A stretch of 64,000 nucleotides of DNA from Schmidtea polychroa (Eukaryota): the NCBI GenBank assembly GCA_044892525.1, contig CM097885.1, forward strand, positions 53,756,001 to 53,820,000, given 5' to 3'. This document shows, in pieces, positions 23,298 through 36,371 of the stretch. The position numbers and the translations under genes were made by a program. The notes under the pieces were generated by a model. The model was given only the letters and a program-made list of their open reading frames with translations. It was not told the origin of the DNA and did no database searches. Positions within the stretch are counted from its first letter, which is position 1, and the number at the start of each line of letters is the position of its first letter.

Positions 23298-24565
23298 AAT
23301 ATTTGATTTAGTGTTTGATGATCAAAATAAATGGATTCGAATAATCATCGTGTTCGTTTTCATGAAAAATATCATACTGAAACCAGGATCAAGTTTATCT
23401 TACCATCACTATATTCTTGATAATGTTAACTGGTTTCCTTGCTTAAGATTTTCAAAATTTTAAAATTCATCAAAGTGTAAACTGACTAAGGTTCATGGAA
23501 ATATTCTTAGAAAATATATAATTATTGTGTTTAAATTCAAGAAAGAGAATAATAATTTTATTGTCATCAAGAGAGCCACTGGGATCAGTTTTGAATAATA
23601 ACAGTTTGTCCATTTCAATATCATAAGATAATGCCATCATTGAACAACCTAATGGTCGCATCTCAGTCGATTGGGTATAAAGCTGATTAATATCCGCAAT
23701 AGAACGACATATTATGTCACAAGGCATTTTATATCCATTTTTATATCTAAATCGAGCTGCTTCCATTTGTGCACGACATACTTGAGATCGATAATCAGGG
23801 ATCATACCAGTCATAACACCTCCAGGACTTTCAGTAATATTAAACAATCTTGTAGCTGAACTCTTCTCAATCATTTTATCTGGAACTTTTCTTTGTGTAG
23901 CTACTACATCACAATTATTGCCTCGAATACCAACGGAAAGCAATCCACCAAATAAATTTGAGATTATTTGGCCAAAAACACCATTGACGTTATTCGATTC
24001 AAAAAAACATTTGTCCTCGATCATATTGTTTGAATCATAAATCTCTTCATTAAAAGCAGCCATATTTAATCAGAAGCACATAGAAACCGAAAATCGATAA
24101 GAATCTAACAATTCGAGTTCAGCTAAAATACACACAAAATTAAAACTCAAAACTCTCGAAACACACCTGCAATTCACAATCAAAAACAACGCCAGTTCAG
24201 AAGAAACACAAAATTCCACCTAGTTCAAGACACAGCCACACCATTCTCAATTTTAGGCGTCTGTGTGCGCACACAACCAAAAACACAAAGAAAGCAAAAA
24301 GCGCACACAGACGCGAGCATCGAATTAATCGAATTAATATTTGATTTAGTGTTTGATGATCAAAATAAATGGATTCGAATAATCATCGTGTTCGTTTTCA
24401 TGAAAAATATCATACTGAAACCAGGATCAAGTTTATCTTACCATCACTATATTCTTGATAATGTTAACTGGTTTCCTTGCTTAAGATTTTCAAAATTTTA
24501 AAATTCATCAATGTATAAACTGACTAAGGTTCATGGAAATATTCTTAGAAAATATATAATTATTG
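23298..24565. repeat. ~230-bp near-identical direct repeat (23298-23527 and 24336-24565) flanking an 808-bp insert
   Basis: Both copies read AATATTTGATTTAGTGTTTGATGATC...AAAATATATAATTATTG. Confidence 0.93.
23575..23949 (-). pseudogene. PSMA6: Intronless internal fragment of proteasome subunit alpha type-6 (alpha1), inside chimeric ORF 23470-24063
   Basis: GLLSVGIRG...TQRKVPDK...MTGMIPD...RFRYKNGY...IADINQLYTQ..EMRPLGCSM...LFKTDPSG. The native N- and C-termini are replaced by unrelated sequence. Confidence 0.88.
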
Positions 24566-24569
24566 AATA

Positions 24570-24760
24570 AAAATAGTTTCAAATAACAAGTGATGGTGCT
24601 GAATGCAAGGCTTGCAAAATGTCTTTGAAAACAAAAGATGGAAACACATATGGACTTCATTGTAACCTCGAAAAAACAGCCAAGATTATGTTGAATATTT
24701 TGAAAAAATGGACGAATCTCTTCTTCCTTCGCCTAAGAAGACACAACGAACCATGGTCGT
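24570..24760 (+). pseudogene. BED zinc-finger remnant (hAT transposase N-terminus)
   Basis: Manual translation K*FQITSDGAECKACKMSLKTKDGNTYGLHCNL. Confidence 0.5.
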
Positions 24761-26015
24761 GTTAGGATTGATCTTGTGGACAAAGATATATTTATCTGAC
24801 TCCAAAAATAAATAGCGGGTTGGTATAGAATCTATACTATAGATAAATGATATAGATTGAATAAGGTAACACGATAACTTGTTTTCAAAAATGTATTTGA
24901 ATATGCACAATTATTTACAATAAAATGTAATAATATGTAACCCGAAAATCCCGCTACTAAATAAGTAAAAAAATGGTTATTCAAACCGTTTTCAGTTAAA
25001 GAACCGCACACTTGATCTAAATGCTTCACAGCACTGGAATAAAAAAGACAGGTACAAGATGGAGGGAGAGATTCGGATATTACGCTATCGAGTAGAACCA
25101 AGTTGTTCCACCGTTACCTATTTATTACCCTGATCAAAGTTTAAATTCAACAAGTAAATCAGACCGGGATGCTGGTACTTGTAGTCGGGTTGTGCATTTA
25201 CTTTAGTTTAAATAAAATAAATAAATAGATTAATTAACCTTAGGGTAAGAATCTATTATTTGACTGATACTCTTTTCTATCTCTGAAATTAGATTTCAAT
25301 ATTTTCTCAGTTGAGTTTCTTTTATGCCGTTATTTCCTCGAAACTCGGCTTTTATACAATTTAGTTATTCACAAGCTGTCCACTAATTCTCGCAGGTGTT
25401 CTAGATCAGGTAATAAATTTCTATTTTTTCTTTCTAGTCAACGCTGGGGATTAATGGTTATTGCTTTTAATCAATACTGATTAAAGCGTAATTGTCTTTT
25501 AAAATGACTATTATTCTTCTTTATATATTAATTAATTTTGTACTTTTAGATTTAATAACTACTACTTAAAATTAATATATATTATAAATTCCTATATTTA
25601 GTATTTATCTTATTTATAATAATTATTTACAGATAAGCCGTTATGGCTATTAATTTTATCGAACCAAACCCCAACAAGATTTTCAACCCGAACATTAAAG
25701 GGGAAACATAACAATGCGGCAATAACATAAAATAAACACGATATAATTTAATAAAGTCAAAATGAATAAAACAAAACATAAATATACACAAAATTTGATC
25801 AAATCACATCAAATCACATGTCAAATTGATTGTTTATTCAGGATACAGTTTCTGCGCAATGATAAGTGATTTAGCCTAAATGCTAGGGCTTCCTTCTTTA
25901 CCGGATTGTTTCCCGTTGTTCTTCGATTCTGCGATTGATGTACTTAGGGTGATAGCTCCAGACGAACGTTTCTCGGGTGCTTATATTTTCATAGACAATA
26001 GATAAGACTACATAG

Positions 26016-27807
26016 TTACTCTCGTTTGCCTCGAGAACATCGGTAATTGGGAAATGTTACACAGCCATTTCGTGAACAGGATGGCGATCGTAATATGCGA
26101 TGTTTCCAATCGCTCTTCGGACATTGCCACCAACTGGGATCTTCCCTGTCAATGTCCCGTTTCATTTTCTTAGACCTATCGAAGCCAACAAAATCTATTT
26201 CAACAAATGTTTCATCTTTTATCTTTAATGCCTCGGCAAGCACTGGATTTTGTTCCTAGGTCCGTTGAATACATAGCAGAATTGCTAATACTTTCTCCTT
26301 TTCATGACTTTGGCACTTTCGTTTCGGATTCTTTGTTCTACTATGTCTGGCCTGTAGCTGACCACCAATGTCTCCCGTGTTCTCACTTCTTTGTACACGA
26401 TTGACGAGATGATATATGAACCCTCATTAGCCTCCAATACTCCGTAATTGGGGAAATTGGATACGGCTACCTCATGGATTGGACCTCCGTCGTATTCCTT
26501 GATACGCGGTTTCCATTTACTGTCGGGTCTCTGCCACCAACTAGGATCTTCTCCTACAACCATGGGTTCGAGCTTTGTTGCCAATATCTTGATCAATGCA
26601 AGATCTGGTGGCTGATAGTGAGTTTCTAACAGATCGTCATCCTCATCCTGGATGGATATCCTAGGCATTTTCTTTTTTGTACTCTTTGGAATCTCCTTTT
26701 TTCTTTTAGTAGAGGTAGGGACATTTTTCTTCTTTGCCTCTTTCTGGGTGGGTTCAACCGTTGTCTTCTTTTTGAATTTCAAGTCTTGTAGTTTAAGTAG
26801 TGGTACTACAACTTTGGGGTAATGCTTCTACTTCTGCTCTTCCTTTGGATTCGCTCAACGGGGCCAATGCTTTCAAGATCTTGGTGACTCGTTCAACCAG
26901 TTTTCCTGCTGGCGGTGATTTTTCAGTTTCCATTTTAGCAGAATTCACCACTCTACCATCATTGTTAAGCGTGACTTGGAGGCAATTATCATCTGCGCTC
27001 TCGCAAGTGGCATAATCGTCTTCGTCAGCAATTGAAATGGCTGGCGGCGACAAGGAATCTTCTTCCACTATTTTCAGTAACTTGGACCTGGACATGTCTT
27101 TTTTTACATTGCCCTCCATAGCTAAGGGTTTCTGCATGCTTGAGGTTCCTGGTTCCGTTTGTTTTATTTGTGATGTCACCACCTCTTTTCGGGTATCGAG
27201 TGAAATATCATCAATCCAGATATCTCGCAGATTGTCATATATTTCCTTAATAGTCGTAACATCATTCTCTGTTTGAAGGTCCGAGAAATGATGCGCCTCT
27301 TTGCCTGTGACCGTTTTTGCCAAATATGCCAAACTGTAATACCCGTTGCATTTTTTAAGTCCCTATTTTCAAGGCATTTAGCTGCGCCTAACTCACGGAT
27401 TCCGAGTGCGCGTTGTATTGGAAATCTAATTACTTCCAATAGCTCCTTTACCAACAATCCCACGATGATTTTCCCATCGCAGATTTTCCTAATTCTTTCG
27501 GCACAGTCTTCTCCGTCGAACTGTCCGGTTATTTCTCTTTCGGTCATACCATGCGCATGCGATTGGTAATGTTTGACCTGTGATCTGGGGGTAACTCTAG
27601 TGTTGAGGATTAAATCGCCGTTAAAATGCAAATTGAAATCACCACAATGGTAGGTTTGAGGAATTGTCGTAGTGTGGCGCAGTGGGCTGCCACGAATATG
27701 GTGAGGTTATCCTCTTGTCTAGGGTTCATACGCTGTCTTATGAAAGATTTAAACGTTTTGATGCCATTGTCATTGACATTGTATGTCCAGTTTGGTTCGT
27801 TGACCAT
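26016..27807 (-). pseudogene. Frameshifted accessory ORF(s): REX4/ISG20-like DEDDh exonuclease-like domain followed by two Trp-rich repeats; probably part of the Gypsy element
   Basis: GDLILNTRVTPRSQVKHYQSHAHGMTE...DGKIIVG...IRELG...LAYLAK...ENDVTTIKEIY follows the DEDDh scaffold. EDPSWWQ...FPNY occurs in both 26285-26782 and 26016-26243. Confidence 0.6.
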
Positions 27808-28244
27808 CTCGTTTGTGACTCTCTGTGAGGTTCCAGAATTTCCATTGCGACGATGGTATCCATTCCCTCACATAATAGTGAGATGTTCTTTTCCCTCCCA
27901 TCCCATTTTCGATTTCCAGGGTTGTATGCTTTTGCAGCAAAATAGGATTTGTGGCACCAGAAACATAAACCGTAAATGGTTTGTTAATGGCGTGTATCCA
28001 CAGGTAGTTTGGTCAGACTATGTCTGCCAAACTCAGGCATGACATCGGTAAGCCTAATAGTGGCGTTATGCTTTCCCGGGATTTTTGAAATTATCATTTA
28101 ACGTTTTGGGGCCTCGTCGAATTTGAAATTGTTGGGTATGCCTGAGCAATGACCGTAGAACCAGTGTCTTTGTCCTTTTCTACCTTGATCAGTTACCTGC
28201 TTCTCCAGGTTTTTATAGATAAGCTTCTCCTTCACTGAATCTTT

Positions 28245-31200
28245 CTTGTGTTGTTGCAATTGTTGAAATCGTTCTGAAATTGACGATATAGTGGTGTCCA
28301 GAATCGCGAAGTAGAAGTCAATTTTAAAATCATGTTTGCATCCTTCACTGTATCATCTGATGCTTCGTAATCGAATAACTTCCTTTTTTTCGCTTTCGAG
28401 TTTCAGGGAAATCAGGCTCAATATCAAGTTCTCTAGCTTTAGCCATTGCAGACGTCACAAGTTCTTCAAATTTATCATCAGTTCTAAGACTTTTTAAGTT
28501 GTTCAAAATTGAATTAAGATTTTCTGTTACTAATTGCAAATCGAATGTGGGCTTTTGCATTATTTTGCTGACAATATTGACAAGATTCAATATATCATAC
28601 CAAATTGAGACGGAACACAAAAATTTAAAAGAACAAATTTTTGAAATTATATTATTTGCTTGAGCTCTAGAATCCATGTCTTTTGTGTGGTCATTAGTGA
28701 TATCTAATAGAGCTTGATAAATTTCTGACATAAACATTTTCAGAGGTTTCAGGGCTTCTATTCGACTTTCCCATTTAGTTGCAGAAAGTGGTTTTAGGGT
28801 TAAGTTTTTAACGTATTTTTTTAATACATCCCACCGTTTCACACTAATTGAAAAATAATTATATAGTTCTTGAATCACACTAAAAAAATTTACCTTCTCA
28901 AATGAAATTTTAGCTGCATCGTTCTTACCAAATTTAATGAATGAGCAGCGCATGGAACGAAAGAAGCTCGTGAATTTATTTCAAGAATTTTTTGTTGAAG
29001 TCCATTATGTCTCCCACGCATATTAGCTCCGTTATTGTACGACTGTCCGCGTAAATCTGATATATTAATGTTCATTAATTTCAAATGGTTAATGATGAAC
29101 TCGAATAAACCTACACCGGTTGTGTCAGTTACACTTTGGAATCCTAAAAAATACTCACGAATTTCTGCAACATTTCTCGATTTATTGTGATAAACAAATC
29201 TTATGACAATGGTTAACTGTTCAGTATGGCTTATGTCTGGTGTTGTATCAAGAATGATTGAATAATATTTTGAAGAGTGGAGCATTTCTAAAATCTTTTT
29301 CTTAATAGCATCACTTATAATGCTAATTATTTCATTTTGAATCTGATCACCTAAATAATGACTAATATTCTTTTTCTCAAACGTTTGAACGCGATGTAAA
29401 TGTTCAGACATTATTGGATCGAATTTAGCTATGGTTTCTATTAATTTAAAAAGGTTTCCGTTGTCGTTTTGAAAAAGATTTTTATGCCAGATCTAAATGC
29501 CAAGCATTGTCTTGATAAATACTGTATTATATGAATAATTCGTTCCACGACCGATCGCCAATATTTATTTTCGGTTTCGTAGAGTCGTTGTTGCATTGCA
29601 TCAATTGTACAATTTTTTTAGTGAAATTCTCAATTCGCTATATTTTGAACTGTTTTTATGTGCCCAACACTAGTTTCGTGAACTTTTAATATGTGGCTTA
29701 AGTGTTGCCAATCATTACAACCACTAGTAAGTTGTGTAGTATTGTCAGACATTAATTTGCAAAAGTAACAAAATACTGAATTTTGAGTTTTCGAATAAAG
29801 CAAATAACTCCTGCAAATTTTTTCCCCGTTTGAAAAAGTTCGATAATAATAATTATCAGAAAATTTACGTCCAGACTCATTTTTTGGGAAGTCTTTCAAA
29901 ATTAATTGCTTAGGATCATTTTCTATTAAACAATCTCTTAATTTTATATTAATTTGTTTTGGTCAAGTAGCCGGATCGTTAAAATCAATTTTTTCGGAAT
30001 CGGAATCGGTTTTATTACTTTCTTTCGATTTGTTTTTTATTGTAGAGTTTGTGGATACACTAGAAGAACTTTGTGTTTCGAGATTCAGGTCTTGATTTTC
30101 TTCCGTTGCAGTCGTAGTAGGATTAATAGTTTTGTTGTGTTTTAGATTAGTTTAAGTCGGTTCCCTCTGACTCCTAGTGTTCTTTAAAGCAAAACAATGA
30201 ACGACCCAACGTATATTGAAACAACAGGTTCACAATTTATTATCACCACTTTAAAATTACTAATCAAAGTTTTATACGATTCTCCGCTCGGCGTTGATGC
30301 TTTGCAAATAGATAATATTCACCTTTTATTCCTTTATATTCTCTTGACTCACGTTTTCCTCAATTTCTGTTTGATTTGATTTCTTGTTCACCTTTCCGTA
30401 TTCCTAATTCTATTTCTTCTTTTCCCTACTTTCCCTAATTCGTTTTAGCCTTTTCCTAAGCTCTGTTTCTTCCAACCTTAGTTGAGGCAAAATGCCGATT
30501 TTCTCTGATTTTCCCTTTTCTTATATACTCCTCGAAATCAGGATGACAAATGGTTATTGCCGAGCAAATCTTTCATTTGACATTTGCTCCTACGTATTTG
30601 CTTCGGCTGTCACCCATAATGGTCAAACGAATCCAGATAATTAATGGCCCTTCCGGTCTTCCTACGCGCGCTATCTTATCCTTGCTCTTTTCCCATTAAT
30701 CATTGTGTCAAGCTAATGGGCCCAAATCTTCCTTCTGTTTGCTTTTCTTCTTGTTTACCCAGCTCGGGTAAACTTTATCTCTCGGGATCTCCATTGGCTC
30801 GGGTTTCCCATTAGCTCGGGTTTTCCATTAGCCAATTAATTAATTAATTAACGTTTTTCTGTTTTCATACATTTGAATGCTTTTCGACCCTTCTTAACCA
30901 TTTTCTGATAAATCCCTAATCATCATCCCGTTTTTCCCATTCGATTTCGATGATTTTTCCATTTATTGATTTTTCTCGGATTTCCGGATTCTTGCCTTTC
31001 GTAATTGCTTTTGGCATTTTCTAATACTGTTTCCATCACACTTTCCTTTACTATTGATTCTGTGCATGATCCCGCTTTTGTTTGTCTTTTTTCTTCGCTT
31101 ACTTTCTATTTGAATTATTATCCTAAATTTCATTTAAATTTTAATTTTAATTTACAGACCTCAACAGTTTTAATAGTGAATTTATCTAAAGAACCTGATA

Positions 31201-31805
31201 GCTTTTGTCGAGCGTCTTCTCGCTGAAGTCTATTTTTCTTATTTTGCGCGCCTGATAATTTTGATTTATTTCCGATTTCAGACATCTAAGGATTTTAAGT
31301 TAAAATTTATTATACATTGTAATTATTTAATATTGTTATTTAATATATAATTAGTTATTTAATATTGTAAATTATACTTACGTTGAAATTTTATAATGAA
31401 TGCCTGATGAAAATCAATAAATATTTGATTTACGCAGAAGTCAAATGCAGTGGTGGTCTTGACTAGACGTAAATTTGCGTAAACTTGATTAAACGTAAAC
31501 TTGACTAGACGTAAATGTGAAATGCTGCGCGTCGCGGTGACGCCTTTATCAAACGAAGTTGAGCGATCTACACCGATTGCATCGCACGAAGTCACGAGCG
31601 CGCTTTCATAGCGTGGTAGAATAAGGTATATGTTGCGCCCGCCTTTACAGTATCTCTCTAATAAATCCATATTTGTCACTTTTTCTTTTTTATCATTTAA
31701 TTTTTTTATATTTAATTTTAATTTTTTTATTTAGTGAGGTGGCGCCTTTTTCACTCGGCACCCTTGTGCGGGGCACAATATGAACAATAGTACGCGGCGG
31801 CCCTG
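28245..31805 (-). mobile_element. hAT transposon (ZMYM1/TTF-zinc-finger type), 3'-truncated, frameshifted, interrupted by an LTR-like insert
   Basis: 5' end CAGGGCCG at 31805. N-terminus LSGAQNKK...GSLDKF (31157-31285), TTF finger VFCYFCKL, SIILDTTPDISHTEQ, RGQSYNNGANM, CAAHSLNL and TKWESR. Confidence 0.88.
30072..31156 (-). mobile_element. Putative solo LTR inserted in the hAT transposase
   Basis: On the minus strand it starts TGTAAA and ends ACACA, with TATATAA (~30525) then AATAAA (~30240). It splits the transposase coding sequence. The TSD matches only 3/5. Confidence 0.55.
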
Positions 31806-32849
31806 TTCTTCAGTAAGGTCGTAGCACGTATAGTGCTATGTCTTCCTTGATATTGCTATATTGGATGGCTTTGCATTCCTGAAATAAAAATCATTATATA
31901 TATATATTATAAAGACAAGTTATGAAAGAAACAAAAATAAATTAAAAATAGTATTTAAAAATTACCTAAAATAGAAAACAATTACTAATATTAGAATCAA
32001 AATATAAATAGTAATAAATAATTACTATTAATAAAATAGATTAAATAAAAAATAATATATATACCGTTATAAATTTTAGTTTTAGTGGACCAAAAATTGA
32101 CAAACAACAAACAGACAAAAATTGCGACGAAATATTGATCAAATATCATCCAAGCTATTTATAGGAACACCAATTACTAGAATTTGGAAATTTAGAAATA
32201 TTTGTGCAATCAGAAATTTTGGAAATTTAGGATTTTTGTGTCAATCGGAAAATTTGGAAATATTAGACATTTAGATCGATTGGAAATTTATTCTCAAAAA
32301 TTTTGCGTTTGGAACTTGGATACATTATCTATTAGCCTCGATTGAATTTCAGTTTAACAACCAATTTTCGGGTTCTTTATAAATTAGTTAATTAATATTA
32401 ATAAATACATAAATATATACATGTATTAGTACCCATCTCATTATTCTAAAATTATAGAGACACAGACACCAGCCAACAATTTTGTAGCTGTTCTGACTGT
32501 TATAATTTCAACTATTAACCAATTATCTGGGTTAATAGTATTGCGATAAAACTTCGGGAATCCCTCCTCTTTATCCATTCACCTATATCGGGCTTTTGGC
32601 GCATTTAGGGCCAGCCTTGATCCTTAGAAGTAATCTTTAGGGCGGTTTGTATAACCGTTTTCTGCTCTGTAGTGTGCAGCCAGTTTTTTTATTGTAATTA
32701 AATCAATCGTTTGTAAACTATTTAGTTTTAAATACATATTTAAAACTTATTTGTTATTTATATACAAATTACCTACACGCTTTATAACTAATATTTGTGG
32801 AGTCAGATTTACGTTTGTGTTAGTTCGAATACCTACCCATCGAACCTAA

Positions 32850-35210
32850 AAGTTCTTAGAATCCAATTTGATACACGATAGGTATACCAACCATTCTGAT
32901 AAAACCTTGATGCTGCGATGTGCAAATTGTAATCCGTCTCGGGTTTTAAATCATATAAATCCCATTCTTTTTCTTCTGAGTTAAGTTGGCGGACCCGCAA
33001 ATACTTATTGTAGAAATGCAGATTGAATTTTTGGCATTATCACACGTTGTAAGTATACGAATTCCGTGATAGATTCTTATGAAATGTAACTTTTCGACTT
33101 GCATCGCCATAGGCTGAAAATATACCCTTTTTCCCCTTTTGCCATAGCTAAAGTCATCATACAGCTTGTTATCAACAAAAAGGTTACTGATTTTGGAACA
33201 CCCCGTGATCTCAATGGGTATCGGTGTTCTTGTGCTTCTTCGTAGTGTTTGGTTTCACCTGTATCTCTAGTGCTTTTACTTTTGAATTTCAGGAGATCCT
33301 TTTTGTTGGGATTTCGCACTTTTTACACCGATTAGCATGTACCATTATTGGTTCTGCTTTTCGGTTGGCTACAAGTTGTAGTATGAGGTTTGTATCTGTA
33401 GTTCTCAACATCTCATATGGCCCTTTGAAATTCCGCATGAGTTTTGGTGATAAACCTTTCTTGTTATAATGACTTTCCAGCATCACCTGGTCTCCCACCA
33501 TTATGCCATGTTCCTTGGCTTTTCGGTCATGGTAATCTTTTGATGCTTCCTGATTATATTTTATACTGAGACCTGCTCTAGCCCATGCTTCCTGCATTCT
33601 TTAGCTTCTCTGGTCAATGTGAAGATAGTCCCTTCGAGACGCCCTTCCTTCACATCTTCTGCTTCTTCCTCCTGGTCCATTCTCGATAAAGCATCTGCAT
33701 TTCCATTATGATCTCCTTTTCTATAATGGATTTCTATGTCATATGGCTGTAAAATTAATGCCCATCTGACTAGTTTTGAGGTATCCATTGTGTGTTTCGT
33801 CAGCCACTGTAATGGTCTATGATCGGTGTACACTATGATTTTCCTACCCCATAGATAAGTCATAAACTGGGTTATAGCATACACAATTGCTAAAGCCTCT
33901 AGTTCGATCACTGCGTAGTTTCTCTTGTGTGGTTTTAATCCTCTGCTAGCGTATGCAATTGCATACTCATCTCCTAGGTCATCTCTCTGACCTAGCACAG
34001 CACCTATGCCCCGCGTGCTGGCATCTGTCATAACCAAAAATTGTCTCTCAAAGTCTGGAAATCGCAATATAGGTGGCTTGACGAGTTTTTCCCTGAGCAT
34101 ATCAAATGCTTCCTGGTGTTCTGTTCCCCACACAAATTTGACGTTTTTGCCTTCTAACTGCGTGAGTGGACAAGCTATAACCGAGAAGTTTCTAATGAAT
34201 TTTCTATAGTATCCGACTAAGCCTAAAAACCCTTTGATTTATTTAACGGTTTTAGGCTCCGGGAAATTCTTTACCTTTTCGGCATTAGCTGGATCCGGTT
34301 TAACCCCATCTCGTGAGATGATATGGCCAACATATACCACTTCTGGTTCAGCTCATTTACATTTGGTCGGTTTCACTTTCATGCTGGCATTGATCAACCT
34401 CTTGAACACATCTTCCAAATGTTCCAAGTGTTTTTCCAAATTTGGCGAGAATACTATGACGTCGTCAATGTATACCACCGCATGATGTACATCCATGAGC
34501 ATCAAATTCATTGCTCTTTGAAATGTCGCTGGAGCTCCCGTGAGTCCAACTGGCATTACGTTATATTCGTAATGACCCATACTCGTAGAAAACGCTGTTA
34601 TTGGTATAGTCTCATCTTTTAACTTAATTTGATAAAATCCTTTTTGGGCGTCCATTACTGAGAAAAACCTAGCGTATTCTGCCATTGACTATTAAACCTA
34701 CGCTATGAGTAACTGGTATGTTGTATTTCTCCGAAAATCTTTCGTCTGGTTTGAATACAACTTCACCTTCCCAATTATTGCTTGTAGCTACAAAGCATAC
34801 TGTTTCCGCTCTTGGTGGTATGATAGTTGTGTGATCTATATAAGCTGTATCATCGTTGTAAATTTTTCTCTTTTTACCTTGTGCTCGGATTAACAATCCA
34901 GATGCACAATCGCATACTACTCCCCGTAGTCTTTTTAAGATGTCCATACCCAATAGACATTCGTCAGGGAGACTTCTCATCACTATGATGTCGTGATGGA
35001 GTTCTTGGTCACATAGCTTAATCTGGCAAGATAATGATCCTATTACGTTTAATGAGGATCCGTTTGCTCCCGTTAATTTTACTCCTGCCGGTTTAAAGCG
35101 ACTGCAATTCGTGATGGTTCAACAGTTTTGCTTCAATTATGGTACCATCTGCTCCTGAGTCTATCACCGCATTAACAGTATGTCGGTTCACTCTTATTTT
35201 TATCATTGAC
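32850..35210 (-). mobile_element. Gypsy/Ty3 pol remnant (protease, RT, RNase H, integrase C-terminus, start of env-like region) with internal deletions
   Basis: VIDSGAD (protease); MDAQKGFYQI and YIDDVIVFS (RT); TDASTRGIGAVL...TDHRPL...NADALSR (RNase H); FKGPY (integrase tail); then RYPLRSR plus a hydrophobic signal-like stretch. The integrase core and RT N-terminus are missing. Confidence 0.93.
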
Positions 35211-35212
35211 TT

Positions 35213-35930
35213 TTAATCCAAGTTCACTGGATTATTGACCATCAAAATAGTATCGTGCGAGATACCGATTGTATTGGCTCTCGTTTGTTCTGCTTCCAGT
35301 AATTCTGGATCACTCAGTTGAGGATTATATTCTTTAAATTTAGCTTTAAGTGACTCTAATGTTTCCTTTGGATATTGAACTTTGGGTAATTCTGGCAATG
35401 TCGAACATGTCAGATTATTAAAATATGGTATGTTCACTAGAATCAATACTAGAGGTGTGTTTTCCTCTCCGATATCTTCCTTCTCTTGTTTGTTGATTTT
35501 CTTCAACGTTTTTGCTTTATCCCGCACCTTTTCTGGATTCTGGGAGTCCCGATATTTAGTTCCATTTAATTTTCTAAAAGGAATTTTCTTGAGAAAAGCC
35601 AACTCACAATAATTTCTCATTTATTCGTAAATTAATGTGGTGGTTCCCATTCTACAACTACCGAACTTGGCATTGCATAGCGGATGTGCCATCAATTTTC
35701 CTGTGGCTACATCGAATGTTCCCTCGTATTCTCGTAATTCCACTGAGTAATCTTCTATATCTATCACATAGGACACTAAATTGCTACCGCGAATTTTCAT
35801 TCTGCCTTCGCAGGTTCCATCTGAGGCAATTGTTCCTTCTCGAGTGATTGTTATTCCCAATGTTTTCCCAATTTCTGCCGAGATTGATACCTTGTTGTCT
35901 ATCCTCACGCTTCTTTTTCGAAATGCATTA
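35213..35930 (-). pseudogene. Viral glycoprotein/env-like fragment
   Basis: Cys pattern GTCEG...CNAKFGSCRMGTTTLIYE*MRNYCEL with one in-frame stop between ORFs 35621-35908 and 35213-35620. It resembles glycoproteins captured by LTR elements; family assignment is tentative. Confidence 0.5.
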
Positions 35931-36371
35931 TGTTTAGCGGCCTTGGTATTAGTGTTGCGGATAGAAAAGCAGAATAGCTATTACTACCGCAATAATATTC
36001 AAATGCAGTTCTCTGAATTCTACATTCCTTTATCGTGGTTCTATAAAATTCACTTTCTTGGTAGACGTAACATTCTACCTTTTCCCTTTGATGAACCTCC
36101 TCTGGATACGCCTATTTGCACTCAATTGCGTCTACTAGCGAATATATCCGAGATAGTTTGGAATTACTACAGTCAAATATTGTCAGTGAATTAGTTTGTT
36201 TTAATATACGATTGTCTAAATAATATATATAGTAAAACTAAATTGCTTTGCGATATCGGGTGTTTTGTAGACTATTTTAAAATCATTTATTTTTTATATC
36301 AATATTATAAGGTAAATTTATTTTTTAACTATTATTTTCTAATTTTCTTACATTCGTTTTAGATTCCATAA

